Below, piece after piece: positions 37,928 through 49,227 of a stretch of DNA of 64,000 nucleotides. The position numbers and the translations under genes are program-made. How positions within the stretch are numbered: position 1 is the first letter of the stretch; the number at the start of each line of letters is the position of its first letter. Source of the DNA: Octopus vulgaris (taxonomy: Eukaryota); NCBI GenBank assembly GCA_951406725.2, contig OX597819.1, positions 54,498,001 to 54,562,000 on the forward strand. Reading direction: 5' to 3'. Under the pieces are notes generated by a model. The model was given only the letters and a program-made list of their open reading frames with translations. It was not told the DNA's origin and searched no databases.

Positions 37928-39388
37928 CTTAAAGAGAAAAAAGTGTAAGTCACCTTAAATTAATAGAAATAAGAATTATTCATAAAAAAAAAGAGGAAGA
38001 CCAACAAATTACAGTTAATAAAGCTCAAGAAATAAAAAAAAAACATTCATCAACATCATTATTTTACACTTGTTTTACCAGGCTGGCAAAGATTTGGCAG
38101 ATCTGTTGTCATCCTTCATCACTTAATAAAAAGAAAATCCCCACTTTCTCTTATATAACCTTCTTTTGTGCTTTTATACATGATTTTATGGGTGGATATC
38201 TTTTATAATGTCACCAGCATCAGAGAATCTGTTTCCTAGTACTAAAGTGTTCATTCTACTGTGTATCCGTTTTTTCAGAGATATTACTTTTCCAGACAAG
38301 TTACCCTTGTTGTAGTTTGTAGAGACCACGTATCTCCCTTGTGATTAAGACAAAGATCCTTTTGTTTACTCTTTTTACTTGTTCCATTTAGTGGGTTGCA
38401 ACCATGCTGGGGTTTTGGAATACCGAACCAGATGGGTTGTCTACCCTTCACCCATAAGCCACGTTTTCCCATTAAATAGGGAGGTGATAGTTACCAATGG
38501 AACCTATGAGAGTAACTTAGGCAGCCAGCAGTAAAGGTTATCTCCATTGTCTAAGTGGCAGATGTGAATCTCACTGAGGAAGTTGGAAATATAGCTGCCT
38601 TCAGGATGTAGGTGGGCAGGAGAGCTTATAACGACTGACTAACAACATAAAATATTCTCTTAGCTCTTTCTCATCTCTATTTGTCCATCTTTAACCACCT
38701 CTCTGATCAATGCAGTGATGTTAGTGTAACATCTGTTAGCAGCCATACACAATATATAAATATTTCATATGAAAATGTTGTTTTTTTCTCATTGAAGTGA
38801 ATGTGCAAATGAACAATAGAAATGATAATAAATGCAATAAAAGTGTTTGTAAATTAAACAGAGTCATGTTGTCATCATTTCTGCTACTTCTTTGTCTTCA
38901 CTATGTCTTTTTCTTAGTGTTCTTATTTGAATGCGTTTTATAATTAACCTAATTTACTATTTATAAAGTGGAGACACATGGTCAAGTGGTTAGAGCAGAG
39001 AACTCGGGATTGCGGGTTCGAATCTCAGACCATGTGATGTGTGTGTTTCTGAGCGAAACACCTAAGCTCCACGTGGCTCTGGCAGAAGATAATGGTGAAC
39101 CTCTGCTGACTCTTTCACCACAACTTTCTCTTGCTCTTTTCTCTTGCATCTAGCAGCTCACCTGTGATGGACTGGCGTCCTGTCCATGTAGGGGACCTAT
39201 ATGTCAATGAAACCAGCAAACAGGCCCTTATGAGCCCAACATAGCTCGAGAAGGAACAAACAACACCACTATTTATAATAATAGGCAATTCCATGAAAGA
39301 TTTCATTGATGATATTACTTTGGTAAACTGTAATCTTCCTTCATAAGTAACAAAAATATAATAAAAGAATAAAGTGGTTAAACTGTAC

Positions 39389-39523
39389 CTTAATAGCTAA
39401 CTCGTCTCTGCCACATTCTGTAGCTTTGCAAGCGATTTCTGAATAAGATACTCCAGGTGTGTCTCCCAACTTTTGTGAAATTGCATGTGCTATTGCTTCA
39501 TCACTCTCGTATTTCTGTTGAAC
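39389..39523 (-). CDS. VPS16: VPS16 exon 15 (VQQKYESDE...GRDELAIK)
   Basis: CAG/GTACAG boundaries; lies within ORF 39341..39550. Confidence 0.94.
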
Positions 39524-39689
39524 CTGTGGAGAAAAAAAAAATAAAATCAAAAATAAAGATAAATTAATTAAATTTACTAGAAATTAACAGCAATTCATTA
39601 TGGGAAAGAATAAAATATATCAACTAGGGATGTACATATAGCAACAAGAGATGTAAACTGAGGCAACTTTGCAAATATTAAAATGACAT

Positions 39690-40220
39690 TCATTCTTCAA
39701 GATGACCAGATTAATAGCTTTCTCTTTGTAGGTCCCGAGGTGGCTTTTTTTTGTCCAATATTGGCAAAAAATCCATGGTTACAGTGGGACTCTAAGAACA
39801 GAATTAGGAGTTGGTGGGACTCTTGCTTTCCATGCAGCCCACATTTCTTTAGTTTCTCTGATAATTTCTGATTCTGAGTGCTGCACTCCTGAGTACAGAG
39901 AACTATCCCACAGTGAGTGATCTTGAGCAAAATGTTCCCAGGTAGTCTGTTTTAAGTTACACTTTTTCAAGATTGTCTTAAGAATGTCTTTGTATCTCCT
40001 TTTTAGTGCACCATGTAACTGAGGGCCCACTGCTAGTTCACCTAAGAAAATCTGTTTAGCAAGTCTAGAGCTGGGTATCCACATTATATGCCCACTTCAC
40101 TGCAGTTGGAATTTACTTAGGAAAGCATTCATGTTTCACATATTAGCTCTCTTTATCACAGTAGTATTAGGAATTTTATCTTGCTATTTGATGTTGAGAA
40201 TTTTTTGCAGGCATTTTTTG
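39690..40220 (-). mobile_element. RTE-clade LINE 3' fragment
   Basis: GHIMWIPSSRLAKQIFLGEL...KRRYKDILK...WEHFAQDHSLW is typical of the RTE ORF C-terminus. Confidence 0.8.
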
Positions 40221-40334
40221 TGAAAGTGATTAAATATCAAAATAGAAAATAGTAAAATAGTGAACGGAGTTTATTTTTTGACACACACATACAAACATAC
40301 ACACAATTAAATAGGTTTAAATAAGATACTGTAC

Positions 40335-40479
40335 TTTGTAGCATGCCCAATGTGCAAGAATTCGACTAACACCTTCAGCATCAGGAATATGTAGAAACTG
40401 GCAGATACGAATAGCTAATAAGAATTTCATACGCAACACTAATCGATCAATCAAAACCTCTTTGGTTAATAGTTCCAAT
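40335..40479 (-). CDS. VPS16: VPS16 exon 14 ([14 protein letters not shown]...[10 protein letters not shown])
   Basis: Branch point TTCCTTAAT close to a CAG acceptor; GTACAG donor. Confidence 0.94.
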
Positions 40480-41224
40480 CTGATGAAGTATTAAGGAATT
40501 TTAAAGCAGTTGACCTCAAATAAAGATAACAACAACATAAAAAAAAGAAAGAAAATAGATTTTGTCTTTTTTTTGCACAAATTTATAAGATCATCATCCT
40601 CATCATATAATGCCTGTATTCCATGCTGGGATGGATTGGGCATTTATAAGAAATGTGTTGTGACAATAGGAGACATCCAGGGCAGAGGAAATTGAATGAC
40701 AATATGAACTAGTGTGATAAAAATTTTGACATCAAGTAATAAATGATTGAGTGAAGTTAACAATTTTTGTGTGTTTTTGAACAGTTAAAACGTATCTTCC
40801 ACCATATAAAAAATAATAATTTACATCTGTATTTCCAGGCTGACAAAAGCTGAATGTCTTTTTTTCTGTCTTCATCATATTTTAACATCTATTTTCCATA
40901 CTTGCAAGTGTTGGACAGTTCAACAAAATCCTGTGATTCCTAGGACTGCATTGTGCTAATGTCTGCTTTGGCATTATTTCTATGGTTAGATGTCCTTCCT
41001 AACCTCAACTACTTCACAGAATGTACAGAGTACTTTTAATGTGGCACCAGCACTAGTGAGGTTGCCATGCAGCTCACTAGACAAATAGCCCCTTTGAGAG
41101 AGTGGCTTTATGCTTGGAGAAGCGATCAAGATAAAACAACTTTCTTGCTGTAGGGGAGCTAAATGGTACTCTCATTATAAAAGAGTGAGTGGGAGTAGCT
41201 GGAGTGGAACTAGTTTGTTTAAAT

Positions 41225-41949
41225 CAAGGGTGGGGAAACTTTTAGTGTGGCAGGCAAAAAATTCCAAACAAAAAAAAAAAAAAGGTCCATGGGTGGGTCA
41301 CAAGTTCTAACTCTTATATCAGTGTAATTCTTGTATATATCTATGTATAATTTGATATACATTAACCCTTTTGTTACCATATTTCTGTTGAGATGCTCTG
41401 TGTTTCTTTCAATCGATTTTAAATGTAACAAAGAATTTAATAAAATAGCTTAGTTATCATTAAGCTAGTGTTAGGAACATAAATTGTGGGTAAGGTTTGG
41501 TGGAACATTTTAATTCAAAACTTATGAAAATGAGACATTTGTACTGCAGAGCCAGAGACAGTTTCAGCCAGGTTGGTAACAAAAGGGTTAATAAAGGTAA
41601 GTTTAACACATTAAGTTAACATGTAACATCTTCATTAATGCCGCCACTGAATTTAGAACGTTTATATTACTTATGAGGTATTCTATATTTTTCAGCTAGA
41701 GTGTAGTTGGGTCTCAAGGGGGTGGTAGCAATATGTGTTTTGTAGCAAAAACAAAATTTCCATTTAAATGACAATAGCTGGACGATTTTCTGTTTGAGTG
41801 TAACTGTTTTAAGTTGTAGTGGAAACATGATCTATGTCACAAAAAGGCATACAAGTATTGTATAAATTTTATAAATGAAAAATTGACTATATTTTGTACA
41901 TATGAGTATACCAGCCTGTGGGTGCAATACGGGGGTTTCCCCACCCCTG
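41225..41949. mobile_element. hAT-type MITE
   Basis: TIR CA(A/G)GGGTGGGGAAAC; 8-bp TSD GTTTAAAT at 41217-24 and 41950-57. Confidence 0.85.
41366..41587. mobile_element. piggyBac-like MITE nested in the hAT MITE
   Basis: TTAA|CCCTTTTGTTACC...GGTAACAAAAGGG|TTAA. Confidence 0.8.
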
Positions 41950-42553
41950 GTTTAAATCATTGTTTTATAACTGAACTGTAAAGTATCAGTGAAACTTGTT
42001 TTTGTTAGGTAAACTGAAGTAGACAGAATTGTGCTTTTACTCAGAGGGACAAAGTAATAGCAGGCTGCAGGATGATTTTTAACTTGTGATGATGTGATTA
42101 ATATATAACACAACAATTTCACTGCACCTTCATTTAAGAAAAATGTAATAGGCACAAATGTGACTGTGTGGTAAGAAGTTTGCTTTCTCACTACATGGTT
42201 CTGAGTTCTGTCCCGCTGTATGGTACCTTGGGCAAATGTCTTCTACAATAGTCAATCAAAGCTTTGAGTGGATTTGGTTGACAGAAACTGAAAGAAGCCT
42301 CTTGTGTGTGTATGTTAATGTCTACTTGTTTTGCCTGACCCGTGCAAGCATGGAAAAATCAATGCTAAAATAACAATAATGATGATGATAACCAAACTTC
42401 ACAATTATTCTCAATGAACATTTCAGTCATGACTTCGAACATAAATAGATGCCTGCTTTAAATCCTAAAAATTATCTCATGTAATCTCTATGACCCCTTT
42501 AGTGTTTATTGTGCTGTAAATGCAAAAATAAAAGATTATGGACAGAAGGATAC

Positions 42554-42681
42554 TGTGTATATGTCAACGGTATTCCAATACTGAAATGGCGAATTTGGTT
42601 AAGAACTCTAAGTGTCTGGCACATTGACACAAACTTTTTTGGTGAATATTCAGTAATGAAACTTTTACCAAATACAGCGGC
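42554..42681 (-). CDS. VPS16: VPS16 exon 13 (AAVFGKSF...IGIPLTYT-Q)
   Basis: CAG acceptor; followed by the U12 donor GTATCCTT. Confidence 0.94.
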
Positions 42682-43797
42682 CTGCAAAGAAAAAGTAAAA
42701 AATAACAACAAAGAACAAATGTAAGTAGCTTAATGCACTTATACTGAAAGAATGTTTTTTTAACAACTCGTTCACTGTTCACCTCCTGCACATTATTCTA
42801 TGTACTGTTCATGCACTTTTGGTTACTTTTTCTGACGAGTTGTGGTGCATCTGAGCACTGTATATAATATGTTCATTATTATAATGTTAAGAATAAATAT
42901 AAACAATAATAATATATTCAAAACTATGCAAACCAAAATGTACCTAAATTTTTTAAAACATCTTAATCTCCTGTTATAAAAACTGGTTATTATTATTATT
43001 TTGTATAAATTTCCTTAAAAGTGCTTAAAGCTGGTTAGCTTTTTAAACAGTTTTCTCTTGGTAATGAAGTAGACTTATGTTATTATTTAGACACAAGTTA
43101 GTTTTGAATAGATCTATAATCAAAGTAAATCCAGCTGTGATCCATTTCATGTTTTTACATTTAGACAAAGAACACAGGATCAATTATCCAATGCATTCTT
43201 TTCTCAGAAAATGGGAATATGATTAAAGAAAGATTCGACTTTTACTTCTAGCAAATTGATTGGCCATGTACAACCTCTCTTGTAGTCTGGTTGACAAAAT
43301 TAAGCATTTCCTTTAAAATACAGATTGGCCACATTATAATCTATGTACATTCAATATGCCTTGCCTCTCAACTCCTTGACTGAGTTGTAGGGGTGACATT
43401 CACTTACAGGGCAAGGCATAGGCATTTTTTGACCTGGCAGAGCCCATCTTGCACCAAGTCTTACCAGATCTGATTTTTTCTCCAGATGAGGGAAAAACAG
43501 ACAGGTAGAAAGAAAGAAAGAAAGAAAGAAAGAATGAGAGACAGAGAGAATCAATCTCCAGTATGGGACTGGTACTTTATCAGCTTTAAAAGAATGAAAG
43601 GTACAGTTGATCTCAGTGAGATTTGAACTCTGCATGCAGAGAACCAAAATAATTACCACAAAGTGATTTAGCTAATGCTTGAACAACTCTGCCAGCTGAT
43701 GCCTTACATTGAGTACAATCCAACATCAATCTTATATTTTTTACACTTTAAAAAGCACACATTTCATAACAAAACACAATGATTAAAAAATACCAGC

Positions 43798-43920
43798 CTT
43801 CAATAATTCCTTTTGTTCTGCTGGTTCAAACTGGTGCCCAGCAGCTAGAATACACTGATCAACAGCCACATCTTTATTTTCTATCATTCGTAAATGTTCA
43901 TCAGCTTTCTGGCTTCCATT
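43798..43920 (-). CDS. VPS16: VPS16 exon 12 (NGSQKADEHLR...EQKELLK)
   Basis: CAG acceptor; the frame requires a GC donor (AAG|GCTGGT). Confidence 0.85.
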
Positions 43921-45163
43921 CTGGTGTCAGAGAAAATATGAATAAATGTGAATAGTTATCATCAATAAATAACAGAGATGGATACTGGTATTGTGAAATT
44001 CTTTATAATCATGAGAGAAGCTTAAATAATGGTTTCAAATTATAGCACAAGGACAACAATTTTAGAGAAGTTGGGAAAGTCGCTTACACTGACCCCAGTC
44101 TTCAACTTGCATTTGTTTTATTGACCCCGAAAGGATGAAAGGCAAAATCAGCCTCAGTGGAATTTGAACTCAGAACATAAAGGGCTGGAAGAAATGCTGC
44201 TAAGCATTTAGTCCAACTTTGTTTCAGTCATTTGACTGTAGCCATGCTGGAGCATCGCCTTTAGTCAAACAAATCAACCCCAGAACTCACTCACTGCAAG
44301 CGTAACACTTATTCCATCAGTCACCCTTGCTGAACTGCCAAGTTACAGGGGTGCAGACCCACCAGCATCAGCTGTCAAGCGATGGTGGGGTGACAAACAC
44401 AGACACACAAACACACATATATGATGGGCTCCTTTCAGATCCTGTCTACCAAATCCACTCACAAGGCTTTGGTAGGCCCAAGGCTATAGCAGAATACACT
44501 TGCCCAAGGTGTCTTACAGTGGGACTGAACCCAGAACAATGTGCTTGGTAAGCAAGCCGCTCTACCACAGAGCCACTCCTGCACCCATAATTCAGCTGAT
44601 TCATTGTCTTAAACAATGGAAACTTTAAATAATGGAAATAGCTATCATCAATAGATAACAGAGATCAATACTGGTGTTTTGGATGTTTGTTTCTGTCAAG
44701 AATGAAATTCTTTATATTTATGAAGGAACTTTAAACAATAGCAGTTCCTAGTTTCATAGCAATCGTTTCTTTAGACAAAAAAAAAATACTGAGCAATAAA
44801 AATATTAACACAAATTTATGACAAAAAGATTTCACAACAGTCCATACTTATTATTAGTGAATTAGTGAACTCAAAATTTTAGGTACAAAAGTGTGTGTAT
44901 GTGTGCACCCTTGTCTTGACATCACATGATGGGTGTAAAACGAGCATCATTGTTATACAAGTGGTGTTGTTCATTTCCAGTCTTCCATGCAAAACACGCC
45001 TGGCCATGGGGAAATATTACCCTGTTTGAAAACAGGTGATGACAACCGGAAAGGTATCTGGTCGTAGAAAATCTCCCTCAACAAATTCTGTCCGATCCAT
45101 ACAAGAATGGAAAAGTAGTAGTTAAATTACAATGATGATGAATGACATGTTTTAATAACTTAC

Positions 45164-45240
45164 TTGATATTCTTTAGAAGCTTGCCGCAACATGGCACCT
45201 GGAGCTAAAGACAGTATTTTGTAGACTTCCAATGTAACAT
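45164..45240 (-). CDS. VPS16: VPS16 exon 11 (VTLEVYKILSLAPGAMLRQASKEYQ)
   Basis: CAG/GTAAGT boundaries, phase 1 to 0. Confidence 0.92.
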
Positions 45241-45360
45241 CTGAGAACAGAACATCATTTATTTATCAATATTACGAAGCTGCATGCAAAGAAGAATATT
45301 TTGCAGACACTCTTAAAAATCCATCGAATTTTACCTTAATTGAAAAAATTAGACACTTAC

Positions 45361-45455
45361 CTGGAACTTTCTCTAAGAATTCATGTTGCATATTACCAAT
45401 AATTCTAACACCATCAACTTCTTCAACAAGATAAACTGGTCCATCAAGCATGTAC
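45361..45455 (-). CDS. VPS16: VPS16 exon 10 (YMLDGPVYLVEEVDGVRIIGNMQHEFLEKVP)
   Basis: Preceded by branch point TTTTCCTTAAC and an AC acceptor; GTAAGT donor. Confidence 0.92.
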
Positions 45456-46941
45456 GTAGTCTGAGTTAAGGAAAAGTGACACATCACTGTAAGAACCAAT
45501 CATCTTAATCTTCTTGTTACCTTATTTCTTTTGACTTATACTGCCTTTGTTACAATTGATGAATTTAGTAAAATAATTTTTGTTATTATTAAGCTGGCAG
45601 AATCGTTAGCATGCTGAGCAAAATGCTTAGTGGTATTTTGTTTGTCTTTATGTTCTGAGTTCATATTCTGATGAGGTTGACTTTGCCTTTCATCCTTTCA
45701 GGGTCAATAAAATAAGTAGCAACTGAGTAATGGGGTTGCTGTAATTGACATAACTATTCCTAGGTATGAGAATAAAAACTGCATCCCTCTGCCAAACCAT
45801 GTCAAGGCGGTGAGCTGGCAGAAATGTTAGCACGCCGGGTGAAATGCTTAGCAGTATTTTGTCTGCTGTTACATTCTGAGTTCAAATTCCGCCGAGGTTA
45901 ACTTTTCCTTTCATCCTTTCGGGGTTGATAAATTAAGTACCAGTTACGCACTGGGGTTGATGTAATCGACTTAATCCCTTTGTCTGTCGCCTCTATGTTT
46001 AGCCCCTTGTGGGCAATAAAGAAAGAAAGAAATAAGGAACCATGTCAAGTCAGTGTGGCAGAATAGGCTCATGAAACCAGTATCATCTCAAGCCATTCTC
46101 TGATAGAGAGAACATGCTGAGGCCTTTCTCATGCAGTAGACTGAACATGGGCAATTCAATTCAATCCTAAGCTGGCATCTGGAACATAATTTAACAGGAA
46201 CTTTTGATGGAAGGGTTTAATTCAGATCACTTTAAAATGAAGTTTGGATCATAGCACTAGGGGTGGACTCAGGTGAGTTGGTATTAAAAGGGTTAAAACT
46301 GATTTTCAGCAGTTAAAATTCTACACATCATAACACTCAAAATACCATTACTTGAATATGACAAGACAGATGATAAATTGAAACCATAACTCTGATTCAA
46401 ACAAAGTAAATTCTTAGGTGTGTTAACAGTGTGTTGAAATATAAAAGTGTATATATCACTCAAATGTAAGAGGTGAAGAGGGAAATATATAGATTTAACT
46501 GTATATTATCCATCATTTTATTCATTGTGTCAGCTGAATTTATAGCAGAAGTCTTATAGTAAAAAACTGCTCAATTCAACTGAGTTTATTTAATATCTTG
46601 TCCCATAATAATTTGGGCGAGACAAGAGCACTCACAGACATTTGGTATAGCACATGAAACACTTTAAAAAATACAGGAATTTTTTCAGTTGATTAAAAAA
46701 AAATTAATAAATTCTACAAAAGATAAGAAAAACAAAAAGAGAGAACTTATTACTTTAATAGAGATAAGAAAATGTGGGTGGAAAAGGGTTAACTACTTTG
46801 TTACATGTGACAAATTCAGTTTGTATATGCATAGAGTATAAAGAAGGCAACTTAATGCCTCGTCTTAAGATAAGGTGTTATATGAGATAATATATAATCA
46901 AAAGACAAACTTTTTGTTTTGCATTGAATAGAAAAGGATAT
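45456..46941 (-). other. U12-type AT-AC intron (VPS16 intron 9)
   Basis: 5' ATATCCTTTT; branch point TTTTCCTTAAC at 45465-45475; 3' AC; reading frame is restored across it. Confidence 0.93.
45804..46030 (+). mobile_element. tRNA-derived SINE family B with a Meta-domain-like core (representative copy)
   Basis: GGCGGTGAGCTGGCAGAA...GAGTTCAAATTC head and CTTTCATCCTTTCGGGGTCGATAAATTAAGTACCAG-type core. Copies at ~6239, 12240-12420 (-), 44030-44215 (-) and 45590; head-to-tail dimers at 15090-15455, 51370-51790 and 56965-57400 (all -). Confidence 0.8.
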
Positions 46942-47016
46942 GAAATATGATTTTTATCTGGCCCAATAACTAACATTAAAGTATCCCAGTGACATACGAC
47001 AGCTCCATTTCCACAC
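46942..47016 (-). CDS. VPS16: VPS16 exon 9 (CGNGAVVCHWDTLMLVIGPDKNHI-S)
   Basis: CAG acceptor; followed by the U12 donor ATATCCTTT. Confidence 0.9.
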
Positions 47017-47539
47017 CTGACACGTAAAATTAAAAGAAACATAATTAACAACAGAATACAAATAAAAGTTTTGAATAGATGTAATCAGTTGGTAAGTAGG
47101 ATATTTTTAATAATTGGTTAAATTTGTTTAATTTCTTTATAGCAAAATTAAGTAATCTTGTCCACTCTCATCACTCAATCACTGTGTAGGAATTGAGTAT
47201 ACTTGGTTTCGTGTGTGTGTACTCGAGACAGGAAAATAAGTCAACTCATTTTTGGTAGTGGGGTACTTTCTGGAATTCCCTACATTTCATATAATGTAGT
47301 GCACACATTTTATTTTTACTGGCCAATAGAAAGAGGCTGTGAAAGCTGATTTGCATATGATCAATGTGCTATGTGGCTAGTGAAAATGTAAAGACAATAT
47401 ATCAGTTATGTTTAATAAGCAAACAAAATATTACAGTTAAAACTACATATATAAGCCATATGGCATTAAAATCCAGTGAGAACATCACAGAACCAATATA
47501 TGTTGATAACTGTTAAAATAAATAAACTAGAGTATTTAC

Positions 47540-47595
47540 CAGAGAAATGAAAGTGGTTTTGGTGCCCCTTTGGTGTTGAATTCCCATAGTTTAGT
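47540..47595 (-). CDS. VPS16: VPS16 exon 8 (TKLWEFNTKGAPKPLSFL-W)
   Basis: 56-nt exon, TAG/GTAAAT boundaries, phase 0 to 2; resembles the KLCEFN..PPKQMVW segment of Vps16. Confidence 0.88.
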
Positions 47596-48464
47596 CTAAA
47601 TCAGAATAAACATAATTGGAATGTTAATACACCTAACAATTAATTAAACCTCATCACGTACACAAAGATAATGAATAGCATAAGACAAAAATATTTTCAA
47701 ATGTTTTAGGTGTTACAGACTCCAGTTTGAAAAAGAAGTTTAAAAAGCCTATTGATGTCAGTGGGCCTACTGGTATTTTCTGTTTCAATTTGGTATTCAT
47801 GTTTAAAATTATTTTACATTTTATTATTTTAGTAGGTAATTCATAAACTTCAAAGTTCTATTGTGATTAAAGCTTTAGAATATCTTATACTGTTTATTTC
47901 TGCTATTTCCCCTAGCCAAGATCATCATCACAGTTTAACATTTGTTTCCATGCTGGCATAGGTTGGATGATCCAACAGGAATTGAAGAGCCAGAGAACTA
48001 CACCAAGCTTCACTGTATCTTTGGTATGGTTTCTGCAACTGAGCTACCTTTCCAAATACTAACCACTTTACAATGTGTACCGTTTTTTTTTGTGATACTG
48101 GCACCAGTGAGATCCCCAAAGTAACTCACAAGATGATACAAGACTCTCAACTGAGGTGGCTTTGCACCAGATGATGAGAGTTTAAAGTATGATAGAGGGA
48201 CAGGAATGGGTGTCTTGCTGTAGATGAGATAAGACATTGATTTAATGCTTACTTTACATTTCCGGATGCTTGATTTACTCATCCCACATCTTAAAACTTA
48301 ACTGGGAACTTCAGGTCCAGTAACTTTCTCTAGGATTATTTCATTTTCAAAATACATATCTACCACAAGTAATATTTTTACTTACTTCCCTTCTCTATAA
48401 GATAGCTCCAGTGATAAATGTTACAGTGGAACATACAAACCATCTAGCCATGCCAGGATCGAAG

Positions 48465-48890
48465 ATCATCATCATCATCATCGTTTAATGTCCGTTTTCC
48501 ATGCTGGCATGGGTTGGAAAGTTTGACTGAGGTCTGGAGAGCCAGCGGCTGCACCAGGCTCCAATCTGATCTGGCAACGTTTCTACAGCTGGATGCCCTT
48601 CCTAACACCAACCACTCTGAGAGTGTAGTGGGTGCTTTTTATATAACACCAGCATAGGAGCCAGTCAGGTGGGCTTGACAACAATCACGTTCGGATAGTG
48701 TTTTTTATGTGCCAGTCAGTGGGTACTAGCATCGGCCACGTTCAGATGGTGCTTTTTACATGCCACCGGCACAAAAGCCAGTCAGTAGTACTGGCACTGA
48801 CCACGTTCGGATGGTGCTTTTTACGTGCCACCAGCATGGGAGCCAGTCAGGTGGGCCTGGCATCGACCACGTTCTGATGGTACTGGATGT
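48465..48890 (-). mobile_element. Repeat family C: (ATG)n-tailed element with an internal ~60-bp minisatellite
   Basis: CATCATCATCGTTTAA..CCATGCTGGCATGGGTTGG...GGATGCCCTTCCTAAC plus tandem GTGCTTTTTACGTGCCACC units. Copies at 8172-8590, 9690-10108, 19500-19950 and 31493-31772. Confidence 0.8.
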
Positions 48891-49104
48891 TAAAAAATAA
48901 TTGTGATAAATCTACTGGTAAAAAAACAATTGCTTTGACGATATGAAAAATGTCCAAATTTACAAAAGTCTTTAAAATAAATCATTAGAAGAAGGAAGCC
49001 TTTAAAATATTTAGTTTGAAAATTAGAAACATAAAAGTTTTTTTTCAATTACAGGTGGAAGAGGTGAAATAAAAAAATTAAAAAAAGTTGATTGAAGAAA
49101 TTAC

Positions 49105-49227
49105 CTTGAGATCTGAAGTTCCAACCCAAATAAGACCTGATGACATATATAAAGCAATATATTTCTTGTCCGAAGATAAAGCCATGTCAATCACATTTCC
49201 TTCTGACCAGTTAGCTGGAGGAAAAGG
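49105..49227 (-). CDS. VPS16: VPS16 exon 7 (PFPPANW...GLIWVGTSDLK)
   Basis: TAG/GTAATT boundaries, phase 0 to 0. Confidence 0.9.

Larger units (their letters stand above)
40480..42553 (-). other. U12-type GT-AG intron (VPS16 intron 13)
   Basis: 5' GTATCCTTC; branch point TTCCTTAAT at 40490-40498, about 10 nt from the CAG. Confidence 0.9.
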
